Source: Candidatus Zestomicrobium tamdykulense
Lineage (GTDB): Archaea > Thermoproteota > Thermoprotei_A > Sulfolobales > NBVN01
Assembly: GCA_039889305.1 (NCBI GenBank)
Contig: JAVVFV010000006.1
Coordinates: 1 to 62,047 of the forward strand
Direction: 5' to 3'
Length of the DNA stretch: 62,047 bases
Positions 35,279 to 44,754 of this stretch are shown here, one piece after another. A program made the position numbers and the translations under genes. The notes below the pieces were generated by a model. It was not told the origin of the DNA. It was given only the letters and a program-made list of their open reading frames with translations, and searched no databases. Position 1 is the stretch's first letter. Each line of letters starts with the position of its first letter.

Positions 35279-37450
35279 GTGGTGATTATGAGGTTGGGTT
35301 TGAGTTTTCATGGGTTAAAAAGAAAACATATCACTATGTTGATATCCTTAGTAGTCTTGCTGGCTTCAGCAGTAGTTGGTTCTTATCTTAGGCTTTATCC
35401 AGTCTTTAATTCTTTTGAATCAGGTTATGGCCCAATGTTGAATGAGTTAGATCCTTACTCAGAGTATTGGACTGCTGAGAAGCTTCTTGAGAAAGGTCTT
35501 ACGTACTTCTTTAGCTTGAACAGACATAATGAAGAGACACACATTTTCTGGTATCCTTGGGGGAGAGACTTTACTAGGTCGTCACTACCCCTCACGCCGA
35601 TGTTTTCCGTGATTACTTACTATATAGCACGCTTCTTCAGTCCTGGGTTAAGTTTGTATGAGTGGATGGTGTATATCCCTGTAGTGTTCTTTATATTATC
35701 CTTGATAGGTATTTACCTAACTACTAAGGAGTTGTGGGGTGACATCCCAGCCGCGACTTCTTCTTTAGTAGCCGCGATAATCTTTAATAGTAGACAACTA
35801 GCTGGTTTTACGGTGAAGTATTCTGCTGGGTTAGGGTTTATTTTTCTTGCCACGTACTTCCACGTGAGAACCTGGAAGAGAAGAAGTTATATGGACGCAT
35901 TGTTGTGCGGTGTCTTCATAGCTTTAACTGCTGCTGGATGGGCAGGCTTTAATTTACTTCTATCAGCTATTTTCCTGCAGCTAGTTCTGCAGCCTCTAAT
36001 AACTAAAGTCACTAAAGAAGACATAATACTTTGGGGTTTTGAGACGTTACCTCTTGCCTTAACTATAGCTCTACTGCCTTTTTATGGACCCTTATATCTA
36101 GTCCTGAGTGTCGGCATACTAATACCGTTAGGTTTTGCAGTAATAGGTATTGCTTTACTGCTAGAACACATAGCAACGCAGAAAGTAGTTAAGTTGAAGT
36201 ACCCGCTCTTAACTAAGTGGCGCTTCATCTACTTACTCTTGATAGTCTTGATAGGTGTGGGAGGACTCGTAGGACTTACTACAGGCTTCCTACACCTGAA
36301 AGGCAAAGGTCTGGCCGCGATGGGTTTAGGAGAGTTAACACACGTCTTAGTAGGTACTGTACAGGAGTACACACCAGCTAACTCGGCAAACTTCATATGG
36401 AGTAGTGGAGGTCCATTCATTATCTCGTTCCTAATGCTTTTGTATTTCGCTTACAGAGCGTTCATCAAGAAGAGTGTACTAGATCTCTTCATAGGCATAA
36501 TGGTGCTATTAGCAACATATGCTACGACTAACGTATCTTACTTCTTCCCCCTCCTAAACTGCGTCATATCAATTTCTCAAGGAAGCTTCATCGCCTTACT
36601 AATTCCATACCTCTCTAGGAAGAAAGACTTAATGCTAGCTCTGCTGAGTACCTCATTAATGATTACTTACTTGTTCGTCACTCTTTTTCAGGGGGTAACT
36701 GTTTGGGTACCGGCCTACAGAACTCAGACACCCATGATACTAGACTCAGGTCTTGGTTTCGGGAGGAACGTGCCTGCCTGGCTAGATACTCTTGAGTGGA
36801 TTAAAAACAACACGCCCAAGGACTCCGTAATTATTTCTTGGTGGGATTACGGGTACTGGCTCAGCGTCCTGGGGGAGAGAGCCACAGTAGCTGATGGAGC
36901 TACACTTAACGTGACGCAGATAGAACTGCTAGCTAAAGCCTTAACAGGTACTGAGGAAGAAGCTTTCGAAATATTCACTAAGTACTTCCGAGTACCACCA
37001 GATAAGACTTACGTCGTATTATATGATGTAGTCTTATTCTCAGAACAACTTAGCTCAACCTACGTAGGCCCGCTAGCTTTCCAGGGAGGAACTTTTATAG
37101 GTGCAGACATGGCTAAAGGTATCTCAGCTATCTACAGGATAGCTGGTAGGAACCCCCCAATCACAACTACCACTATAGGACAATATAGTTACGTCATGCC
37201 AAACTGGACCAATCCAGCACTAACTAACGCAACACTCTATAAGTTATTCCTTCATTCAGTCCATGAAGTATTCGGAGTTACTGATTATCCCGTGAGATTT
37301 CTTTACGGAGCGCTTCAATACCCACAGTATGCTCCGCGACTAGAGAAGCCAGCACTCTCAATATTTAAGCCAGCACACATAGCTGTGAGTCAGCTCTACG
37401 AAGGAAGTAACGTGTACGTAGTAGTGGCTGTTTACAAGATGGGTGGCTAA
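35279..37450 (+). CDS. aglB: oligosaccharyltransferase (STT3 family)
   Basis: ELDPY, WYPWGR, TVQE, SWWDYGYW, ADG and DMAK motifs; many TM helices. Confidence 0.93.
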   Translation: MVIMRLGLSFHGLKRKHITMLISLVVLLASAVVGSYLRLYPVFNSFESGYGPMLNELDPYSEYWTAEKLLEKGLTYFFSLNRHNEETHIFWYPWGRDFTRSSLPLTPMFSVITYYIARFFSPGLSLYEWMVYIPVVFFILSLIGIYLTTKELWGDIPAATSSLVAAIIFNSRQLAGFTVKYSAGLGFIFLATYFHVRTWKRRSYMDALLCGVFIALTAAGWAGFNLLLSAIFLQLVLQPLITKVTKEDIILWGFETLPLALTIALLPFYGPLYLVLSVGILIPLGFAVIGIALLLEHIATQKVVKLKYPLLTKWRFIYLLLIVLIGVGGLVGLTTGFLHLKGKGLAAMGLGELTHVLVGTVQEYTPANSANFIWSSGGPFIISFLMLLYFAYRAFIKKSVLDLFIGIMVLLATYATTNVSYFFPLLNCVISISQGSFIALLIPYLSRKKDLMLALLSTSLMITYLFVTLFQGVTVWVPAYRTQTPMILDSGLGFGRNVPAWLDTLEWIKNNTPKDSVIISWWDYGYWLSVLGERATVADGATLNVTQIELLAKALTGTEEEAFEIFTKYFRVPPDKTYVVLYDVVLFSEQLSSTYVGPLAFQGGTFIGADMAKGISAIYRIAGRNPPITTTTIGQYSYVMPNWTNPALTNATLYKLFLHSVHEVFGVTDYPVRFLYGALQYPQYAPRLEKPALSIFKPAHIAVSQLYEGSNVYVVVAVYKMGG

Positions 37451-38687
37451 AAACTTGAATGAAGTATGTGGGGATTACGTAATAATAAACCCCTATGTTT
37501 GGTTACCTAAAGCATGCGTGCGTTTCAACACTAAAATCAAGGAAATATATGTGGTCTCAAGAGATTTAGAAAAGTCTGATAAAGTAAGGATCATCACGCA
37601 CGGTATGGCGACCACACATATTCACCTAGGTCTCTACCCGATAAGAAACACTGTCGTTTCAGGTTTGAACCTAGATGAATGGGTCAGGAATTTCGTGTGG
37701 GGTTGGGAGAGATTCCTGAGAGAAAATCCGGAAGTTAGTTACTACGCATCCCTACTAGCTATAAGGGAACTTCTATCTTCAGGTGTCACGACTTTCGCTG
37801 ACATGCATGTTAATGAAGACATGGTTTATAAGGCAGTCCTAGAAAGTGGTGTCAAAGCAGATTTAAGCACACCCATAATGGATGGGGGGATCTACGAGAA
37901 TTATGAAGAAGCTCTAGAGGAGAACCTAAGACTACTTAAAATAGTTAGTGAACCTAGGGTTAGAGTGAGGTTAGGACCCTGTACTCCTAGGTTGCTCTCC
38001 CCAGCAGCTTTTAAGGAAGTGGTTGAGCTAGCTAAGGAACGTGGGTTAGGGATTCACACACACTTAGCAGAGGTTTTCGAGGATCTTGCGTGGCTAAAAA
38101 ACAAGTATTCGATGACTCTCAGAGACTTCATCAAATTTGTTGGTTTGACGGAAGTAAACGCGATAGTAGCTCACGCGGTGTGGGCTGAGGAAGCAGTTAA
38201 CATATTATCATCTAGTAATTTCATAATCTCGCATGCTCCAAGATCTAATGTCCTCTTAGGTGATGGGAGAGCACCTATAAAGAACTACTTAAAGAAGCAA
38301 TCAAACGTAACTATAGGGATTGATGTCGCTCCAACATACGACATACGGGAAGACTTAAGAGCGTATACTCTCCTACACTATGAGGGGGAAGGAATCCCTG
38401 ATCTTCAGGAGGCTTTCCGCTTAGTAACTACTACCGCATACAGAAGTATGGGTTTCGGTAAAGGTGAGTTAATTGAGGGGGAGGAAGCCGACATAGTTGT
38501 GTGGTCTGTCAAAAACTTGGTTCCGGGAAACCCCGTAGCTCAGATAAGTTGGGGTGACTCACATGTTGAGGAAGTCTACGTGTCAGGGGTCTTAGTCTTT
38601 AGTGGTGGTGAGCTAAAGCTGGCGCGGACACCTTCTGAAGAAATTCGTGAAGTCCTGAATAACTATCTTACTGAGTTTTTTGAGTAA
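37443..38687 (+). CDS. amidohydrolase (MTA/SAH- or guanine-deaminase-like)
   Basis: THIHL, SGVTTFADM, HTHLAE, AHAVW, GID, ADIVV. Confidence 0.85.
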   Translation: MAKNLNEVCGDYVIINPYVWLPKACVRFNTKIKEIYVVSRDLEKSDKVRIITHGMATTHIHLGLYPIRNTVVSGLNLDEWVRNFVWGWERFLRENPEVSYYASLLAIRELLSSGVTTFADMHVNEDMVYKAVLESGVKADLSTPIMDGGIYENYEEALEENLRLLKIVSEPRVRVRLGPCTPRLLSPAAFKEVVELAKERGLGIHTHLAEVFEDLAWLKNKYSMTLRDFIKFVGLTEVNAIVAHAVWAEEAVNILSSSNFIISHAPRSNVLLGDGRAPIKNYLKKQSNVTIGIDVAPTYDIREDLRAYTLLHYEGEGIPDLQEAFRLVTTTAYRSMGFGKGELIEGEEADIVVWSVKNLVPGNPVAQISWGDSHVEEVYVSGVLVFSGGELKLARTPSEEIREVLNNYLTEFFE

Positions 38688-39356
38688 AGTAAATATTGCT
38701 TTAATAGAGACTATGAGCTTCCTACTTATGAGGCTTAATTCTAGCATGAGGCACGCGACTGATTTTTTGAGACCTCCCTCCATGTGTGCCTTAATTACTT
38801 TAGACCAGTCAATCTTTATCACGTAATATGAGAATAGTATGGAGAGTGCTATGAAGGCAGGTATTGTGTGATAACCTAACTCCTCACCAGCTAGGATTAG
38901 TAGACTACCGTAGAATACTACGAGACTCTTCAGGAACAATTTACCTAGAAAAACTGAGATGAAGTAGGTAAGTAGGGAGAACCCTGAGAGTCCTAGAGGT
39001 AAATAAAGTACGTCATCAGGTAAAGGTAATGCCGCAAAGACGAATATAGCTAGTGGGAGAGACTTGCTGGCTATCTTATTGAATAATTCTAGGTTCTTCT
39101 TACTACTCTGACCTAAAAACTTGGAGAATCCTTTCCCTATGAAGTATATAAGGATCTTGCCTAGACTAGCTCCTAGAGCCGAGAAAAACACTACCAGGAT
39201 TCTGTCGTGTAGGCTCGTAAACTTGAAAGCAAAACCTATTATCACGAGTAGGTAAGGGAGTGAGATAAACGGGATAGAATTACTTACGAAACTAATTAAG
39301 AACGGTCCTAAGAGGAAAGTCTTGAGGTATTCTAGTATGTTGCTTACATCCATCAC
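38613..39356 (-). CDS. DedA/VTT-domain membrane protein
   Basis: SALGASLGK, FAALPLPDD, FLGK. Confidence 0.82.
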   Translation of the reverse strand: MMDVSNILEYLKTFLLGPFLISFVSNSIPFISLPYLLVIIGFAFKFTSLHDRILVVFFSALGASLGKILIYFIGKGFSKFLGQSSKKNLELFNKIASKSLPLAIFVFAALPLPDDVLYLPLGLSGFSLLTYFISVFLGKLFLKSLVVFYGSLLILAGEELGYHTIPAFIALSILFSYYVIKIDWSKVIKAHMEGGLKKSVACLMLELSLISRKLIVSIKAIFTLLKKLSKIVIQDFTNFFRRCPRQL

Positions 39357-39421
39357 TTCATTACCTTCAATGGTCTATATCGTTACTAATTAATAAGTAC
39401 CTATTTAAGTTAAGTCTTAGT

Positions 39422-39916
39422 GTGTTAGGGGTGGAGCCACACAAGATCTTCAGCATAGTAAGTAGATGTCCTGTCTGCAATAACGAGAACCTGGATATAA
39501 GCACCTACACGTACGAAGTACCTCACTTCGGTGAGGTGATAATAGAGGTGTGGAAATGCAGTAACTGTGGCTACAGGAAATCCGACGTTAGTACACTAAA
39601 ACATGAAGGTGAAGTTAGGATTATCTTTCCAGTAAAGAATCAGGAAGATCTAAACGCTCTCGTTATTAAGTCATCTACAGCAACTGTAGAAATACCTGAG
39701 TTAGGTATTGAGATATTACCAGGTCCCGCAGCACAAGGCTACATAACCACGGTTGAGGGTCTCCTAGAAAGAATACTGGAGAACACACCATCAGAATGTT
39801 TTGAGGAAAGCAACAGCTGCTATGAATTTGTTAAAAAAGTAAAGAAAGCGATGAATGGCGAGATAAACTTCACTATAATACTTACAGACCCTTACGGAAG
39901 AAGTACAATAAAATGA
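39422..39916 (+). CDS. ZPR1-related zinc finger protein
   Basis: CPVC, VPHFGE, CSNCGYR, IPELG.EI.PG, TTVEG, DPYG.S. Confidence 0.93.
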   Translation: MLGVEPHKIFSIVSRCPVCNNENLDISTYTYEVPHFGEVIIEVWKCSNCGYRKSDVSTLKHEGEVRIIFPVKNQEDLNALVIKSSTATVEIPELGIEILPGPAAQGYITTVEGLLERILENTPSECFEESNSCYEFVKKVKKAMNGEINFTIILTDPYGRSTIK

Positions 39917-39980
39917 CCCTCTAACTAACACAATAAATCAATTAAATTTTCTGCTAACACAAGCGAACAATCCTAGGTAG

Positions 39981-40055
39981 CGGGCCCGCCGGGATTTGAA
40001 CCCGGGATCTCCGGCTCCGGAGGCCGGCGCCTTATCCTGGCTAGGCCACGGGCCC
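39981..40055 (-). tRNA. tRNA-Arg(CCG)
   Basis: GGGCCCG...CGGGCCC-G acceptor stem; anticodon arm CCGGC-CTCCGGA-GCCGG; CCA not encoded. Confidence 0.96.
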
Positions 40056-40215
40056 TTAATTATTATTCTTTGGACTTTAATGAGTTTTTAATAATTGTAT
40101 GTTTACTCATCCTCTTCTTACTAGAATACACTTCCTTAGGATGATGAAAGGATTCATTATTTGAGTGAGTAAACCTAAATTAAAGGTCTTGTTCTTTGTG
40201 ATGAGTCAGACTAAG

Positions 40216-40230
40216 CTAAAACTTTATAAG
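40216..40230 (+). promoter_or_regulatory. BRE/TATA promoter of the tRNA 3' half
   Basis: TAAAAC-TTTATAAG, with the TATA centred about 26 nt upstream of G40253, where the GC-rich leader begins. Confidence 0.7.
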
Positions 40231-40252
40231 GTGTGGTCATTTTATGATATAT

Positions 40253-40314
40253 GGGTCTGCTGAGGGTCGTGTGAGACCCCGAGGTCGGTGGTTCAAATCC
40301 ACCCCCCGCTACCA
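40253..40314 (+). tRNA. 3' half of split tRNA-iMet (leader 40253-40276, exon positions 39-76 at 40277-40314)
   Basis: CCCCG-AGGTC-GGTGG-TTCAAAT-CCACC-CCCCGCT-A-CCA is exactly 38 nt with initiator-type U72; no 5' half upstream or downstream; leader ends in GTGA-GA, able to pair with U33-C34-A35-U36. Confidence 0.8.
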
Positions 40315-40371
40315 CATTTATGGTTTGCAGATTTGATGATAAGGATTTTCTTTGCTGGCTTGTATTTTATT

Positions 40372-41232
40372 ATGGTGGATAGTTTGGGTCTTGGGGGCTT
40401 GTTTGTAGGTCCTGCAGGTATTCCTTTGAGTGCGAAAGGTTCAGGGGTGCTTAGGGGTATTAGGGTAGTTAAGGAGCTTGGTTTAGATGCTATGGAGATA
40501 GAGTTCGTGAGGGGTGTGTGGCTTAAGCTTGAGGAAGCTCCGTCTCTTAAGGAGGTAGCTTCTGAAACAGGCGTTATTCTTAGTGTTCATGCACCTTACT
40601 ACATAAATCTCCTATCTAAGGAGGAGAAAACTGTTAGGGAATCCGTCAAGAGAATAATTAACTCAGCTAGGGTAGGGTATCTTGCTGGTGCTTGGTCCCT
40701 AGTTTTTCACCCAGGTTATTACGGGAAGCTAAGTTCTGAGACTGCTGTGAGTGTTGTGAGGACTGCTCTCAAAAACATTGTTTCTAAACTAATTAACGAA
40801 GGTGTGAGAATCTGGGTAAGGCCTGAAACCATGGGTGGGTTAGCAGAGTTCGGGTCTCTTGATGAGGTATTAGCTGTTGTCGAGGGTGTTGAGATGGCTC
40901 ACGTAGCTCTTGACTTCGCACATTTATACGCGAGGAGTAGAGGAACCCTAAATAAGTTGAGAGATTTTGAGAGTATTCTAGACTCAATAGAAGCTAGGTT
41001 AGGTAGGGAAGCCTTGAAGGAAATGCATATACATGTCTCAGGCATCGAGTATGGTGATAGGGGGGAGAAGAAACACCTAGACTTCAAAGACTCAAGATTT
41101 AACTGGGTTGATGTAATTAATGCTTTGAAGAACTACGGGGTTGAGGGAATCATAATATGTGAGTCCCCCAGCTTAGAAAATGATGCACTCCTAATAAAAC
41201 AGAAGATTATGGAGTTAAGTCCACATACTTAG
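40372..41232 (+). CDS. endonuclease IV-like TIM-barrel protein
   Basis: GPAG.P, E.EFVRG, SVHAPYYINL, VFHPGYY, PETMG, DFAH, H.HVSGIEY, ICESP; the ORF-track start at 40288 overlaps the tRNA half, so ATG 40372 is preferred. Confidence 0.9.
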   Translation: MVDSLGLGGLFVGPAGIPLSAKGSGVLRGIRVVKELGLDAMEIEFVRGVWLKLEEAPSLKEVASETGVILSVHAPYYINLLSKEEKTVRESVKRIINSARVGYLAGAWSLVFHPGYYGKLSSETAVSVVRTALKNIVSKLINEGVRIWVRPETMGGLAEFGSLDEVLAVVEGVEMAHVALDFAHLYARSRGTLNKLRDFESILDSIEARLGREALKEMHIHVSGIEYGDRGEKKHLDFKDSRFNWVDVINALKNYGVEGIIICESPSLENDALLIKQKIMELSPHT

Positions 41233-41396
41233 CTACACTTAATTCTAGAATCTTTTGGCAGACAAATCTTAAACTTCTCTAGAGCTAGGCAGACCTGATC
41301 AATAGGTATGAAAGCAGTAGCTCCTGACTTAAGCTTTATGAATACAGACTTTCCAACAATCTTAATTTCAGCTTCTTCACATGAAGGAATTACCAC
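41229..41396 (-). CDS. small hypothetical protein (55 aa, 4 Cys), not in ORF track
   Basis: GTG start after GGTGA: VIPSCEEAEIKIVGKSVFIKLKSGATAFIPIDQVCLALEKFKICLPKDSRIKCS-TAA; its stop overlaps the endonuclease IV stop. Confidence 0.6.
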   Translation of the reverse strand: MVIPSCEEAEIKIVGKSVFIKLKSGATAFIPIDQVCLALEKFKICLPKDSRIKCS

Positions 41397-41514
41397 ATCA
41401 CCAAATATTTTCTTAGGTTATGCAAGAATATAAGACTGGATAGAGGTATCTTATGCTTGTGTTGATGAAATATAAATTATTAAGGCTTTTTGTGAACTAA
41501 TATGGGACTAGCGA

Positions 41515-42921
41515 ATGAGTTTAAAGAACGTTTTATACACCCTCTCTGGTTTGCTAGCCATAGTGGGTTTCTTAATGCTCATAATACCACTTACTGACTT
41601 GTTAATAGGTGATGAATTAAGTTATTCTTTTTTACTACTCGGTATAGCTTTAGTGATTTCTGGGTATGTTTCTTTCAAGAAAGCTCAGAGCTTAACAGTA
41701 ATCGAGTCTTTTCTAGTAGCTTCACTGGCTTGGTTGGTCATACCTACTTTAAGCGCTTTAGTCTTAATGATAGAGACTAAGACAGCTTTTGTTGATGCTT
41801 TCTTTGAAAGTATGAGTGGATTTACTGGAACAGGATTCACTGTCTTAACCTCCTCTACACTGAAAAAATCTATCTTGATTTGGAGAGCACTCATGCAGTG
41901 GACTGGTGAATTAGGGATAGTTGTGTTTGCTATGATTGTGATACCTTACTTCTACGAAACCGCTAGAGCTGTCTACGGTCTAGAAAGACCGATAAGAATA
42001 GGTATGAACCTGTATGAGACAGCGAAGAGATTAATTCTAGTGTATTCAATACTCACACTACTAGGTTTCGTGTCGTACGTAGTGACAGGACTAACTCCTT
42101 TCGACGCAATAACACACATAATGACGACCATAGCTACTGGTGGTATGTCTACATATAATGAGGGTTACGACATCATATACGCGTACTCCCCAAACTCAGT
42201 AATGCCCTTTATAGTCTTCATGATTTTAGGCGCTCTTAACTTCGTAGTACTTTATAACCTAGTTACAGGCAACTTCAGAGAAGTCTTCAAATCAGAAGAG
42301 CTAAGGTGCTTTATCTTCGTACTAATTGTTTTTTCAGTAGCTACTGGAGCCGCTTACTACATTCTCGAGAACAGAGACTTCTTAAGTGGTTTCTTTAACC
42401 AGGTATCTGGAATGAGTACCACGGGATTTAGTATAGGCTCACTAAAGAATCTAAAAAACTTCACTAAATCTCTACTAATACTTGGTATGTTTTTCGGCGG
42501 CATGACTTTCTCTACTGCAGGCGGAATAAAAACCCTCAGACTCCTACTATTTCTCAAAAAATTGAATATCTATACTGAGAAGGTAACACTACCACCCTCT
42601 GTTGTTAAGAGAGTTGTGATACAGAATCAGATTGTGAGTGATGATGAACTATCAATTTCTTTCATACTGATAATACTATACGCTATGTCAGCATTCATCA
42701 TATCGTCACTCATAACTCTACTCAATAGCGAATACTCATTTATTGATTCCTTATTTGAGACTGTCTCAGCATTAAGTTGTGTTGGTTTGAGTGTTGAGGT
42801 AATTACTCCTACGGCTCCGCTAGCAGTTAAGATCTTGCTAATACTAGCTATGTATGTGGGGAGACTTGAGTTCACACCAATACTTGTGTTAAGAACTCTT
42901 ATTGCACGACGGAAGCGTTAA
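41515..42921 (+). CDS. trkH: Trk potassium uptake membrane protein
   Basis: FESMSGFTGTG, TTIATGG, SGMSTTGF, STAGGIK, SALSCVG, GRLE pore motifs. Confidence 0.95.
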   Translation: MSLKNVLYTLSGLLAIVGFLMLIIPLTDLLIGDELSYSFLLLGIALVISGYVSFKKAQSLTVIESFLVASLAWLVIPTLSALVLMIETKTAFVDAFFESMSGFTGTGFTVLTSSTLKKSILIWRALMQWTGELGIVVFAMIVIPYFYETARAVYGLERPIRIGMNLYETAKRLILVYSILTLLGFVSYVVTGLTPFDAITHIMTTIATGGMSTYNEGYDIIYAYSPNSVMPFIVFMILGALNFVVLYNLVTGNFREVFKSEELRCFIFVLIVFSVATGAAYYILENRDFLSGFFNQVSGMSTTGFSIGSLKNLKNFTKSLLILGMFFGGMTFSTAGGIKTLRLLLFLKKLNIYTEKVTLPPSVVKRVVIQNQIVSDDELSISFILIILYAMSAFIISSLITLLNSEYSFIDSLFETVSALSCVGLSVEVITPTAPLAVKILLILAMYVGRLEFTPILVLRTLIARRKR

Positions 42922-42979
42922 GTAACTGAATTAAATAGTATTTAAAAATGCGTGTTCAGCTATTATATTCGGTGTAGTA

Positions 42980-43657
42980 ATGAAGATTCTGATCATTGGT
43001 GGTGGCCCAGTAACTCAGGAGTTGCTTAAGGCTTTCGAATCTGAGAAAGAACTGAAAAGAAATGAAGTAGTTGTTGTTGAGATAGACGCTGAGAAAGCAG
43101 AAGAGATTAGTAAGGCTTTCGACGTAGTAGTGATTAAGGGTGATGCTAGAGACATCTCTCTATACGAGTCTCAGATCGCGTCTTTAACTCCTCTCAGTGA
43201 TTTCGACGCCATACTAGCCTTAACAGATCATGAGGAAGTCAATATTTTCGCTTTAACTATAGCTAGGCATTACGGCTCAGCAGTCAGACTAGCTAGAGTT
43301 AAGAACGCGAGGGTAGGGGAGGTCGTCTCTAAACTAGAGTTAGGAGTGCCTGTTATAGTTCCCACAATCATAAGTAACTTCATAAAAACCTACTTACAGA
43401 CTCTGCTTCAACCCAGACTCATAGGTGAGGTAGGTGAATACAAGATCTACTGCTTAACAACTTCAGGAACTGATAGAGCTGTAAATAAAAGAATAGATGA
43501 GTTGCAGTTACCTGAAGACGTGAAAGTTTTGTTTGTGTTTGACGGAACTAGGTTGTATGTACCAAGCAAAGATGAGGTTATTAAGGAGGGTTACTTGCTC
43601 TACATACTAGCTAAGACATCAGACATAAATGTTATCTCCGAAATCTTTAAAGGCTAA
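42980..43657 (+). CDS. trkA: Trk potassium uptake NAD-binding subunit
   Basis: ILIIGGG, GDARD, ALTD.EEVN, RCK_C domain; follows trkH. Confidence 0.9.
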   Translation: MKILIIGGGPVTQELLKAFESEKELKRNEVVVVEIDAEKAEEISKAFDVVVIKGDARDISLYESQIASLTPLSDFDAILALTDHEEVNIFALTIARHYGSAVRLARVKNARVGEVVSKLELGVPVIVPTIISNFIKTYLQTLLQPRLIGEVGEYKIYCLTTSGTDRAVNKRIDELQLPEDVKVLFVFDGTRLYVPSKDEVIKEGYLLYILAKTSDINVISEIFKG

Positions 43658-43749
43658 TTCAAAGACTCTCCTTTCTTAGATCCTGAGTTCTGAGCTACAT
43701 AGTTTTTGATGAACATGTGTGGTTCTCTCCACTCGATTTTTATTGAGGG

Positions 43750-43810
43750 TTCTCAGGAGGAACTCGTGACCTTCATATCTAGTGGCTCCGTGTTTTCTCA
43801 CACCTCATTA
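43750..43810 (-). ncRNA. possible box C/D sRNA (weak C box)
   Basis: GTGAGAA..CACGGAGCCA-CTAG-AT-ATGAAGG-TCACGAGTTCCTC-CTGA in an intergenic gap; only the D box is canonical. Confidence 0.3.
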
Positions 43811-43944
43811 ATCTACCCTCATAAGCAACTAGCTCTCTCAAAACAGCGAAGACAGATTCCTCAACATTCTATAAATAGGAACTATCGTCTACGGCAACTT
43901 AATAAGTTTTCTCTGCGTATATAAATTAGGTGAGGTGGTTTAGG

Positions 43945-44754
43945 ATGGATGGAGCGCTAGAGAATCTCTTCTCTGGCTTACCATTTACTCTCCAGGATTT
44001 TATATTGATAATTATATTGGTAGTGATTGCTGTAGCTATTAGGTTTATTTTCTCCTGGCTACTTACCAACATAGCTAAGAGAGGGGTTATCTCTCCGGGA
44101 ACGAGAATCCTCGTTATTAGGATAGTAGATATAGTGATTGTGGTAATGATACTTATAGGAATTGTGGGTATAGTGACTGCTTCTTTAGTTCCTTACGTTG
44201 TGGTTTTCGTGATAGCGATACTTTCTTTGCTGCTCTTCTATAACGAGGTGAGGGAGTTCTCAGCATACATAAACATTCAGTTAATGAGGTTGAGGAGAAA
44301 TCCTTGGGTTGAGATATACTTGCCAGGTATAGATAAACCAATAACTTGCAGAATACTTGATATTTCGCCTTTCAGCACCATACTTGAGGACGTTTTCGGT
44401 AACAAGATATACGTACCGAACACAGTATTATCTAACTCTGTCTATAGGGCTAGACAACCACACGTAGTCGTTAGATTAGGATTAAGTGTCATACACGGGT
44501 TAACTAGTACGGGAGACTTTGACTGCAACAAGATAGTTAGTAAAGTAAATGATGTGGCTAGAGACATGTTATTCAGAGTAGATGCTGAGAATACCTTACT
44601 TAAGATGATAGACCCGCATAAGGTCGAGATAGTAGTTAGTTTAGTGCCGGCTAAGCTACCCATAAGAGCGAACGACATAACTAGACTGACAACCAAGCTC
44701 TCCGAAACTCTTAAAGACTATAAGCCGGAGATAGAGATAGTGAGGATTTCATGA
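43945..44754 (+). CDS. MscS-like mechanosensitive channel domain protein
   Basis: Three TM helices, then a beta domain (DISPFST.LED.FGNKIYVPN). Confidence 0.75.
   Translation: MDGALENLFSGLPFTLQDFILIIILVVIAVAIRFIFSWLLTNIAKRGVISPGTRILVIRIVDIVIVVMILIGIVGIVTASLVPYVVVFVIAILSLLLFYNEVREFSAYINIQLMRLRRNPWVEIYLPGIDKPITCRILDISPFSTILEDVFGNKIYVPNTVLSNSVYRARQPHVVVRLGLSVIHGLTSTGDFDCNKIVSKVNDVARDMLFRVDAENTLLKMIDPHKVEIVVSLVPAKLPIRANDITRLTTKLSETLKDYKPEIEIVRIS

Noticed and set aside
261-40314. Integrated element bounded by the tRNA-Leu 3' end and the similar sequence at 40290-40314
   Set aside because: The two sequences differ (CCCACCCCCCGCACCA vs CCACCCCCCGCTACCA) and belong to different tRNAs. The interval holds core genes and no integrase.
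40253-40371. Permuted tRNA-iMet (3' half followed by 5' half)
   Set aside because: The sequence after ACCA is AT-rich with no AGCGGGG acceptor strand or D arm.
40288-40371. N-terminal extension of the endonuclease IV ORF
   Set aside because: It runs through the tRNA half; family similarity begins after ATG 40372.
43706-43924. 72-aa ORF
   Set aside because: No RBS or recognisable motif; the region is more likely non-coding or a remnant.
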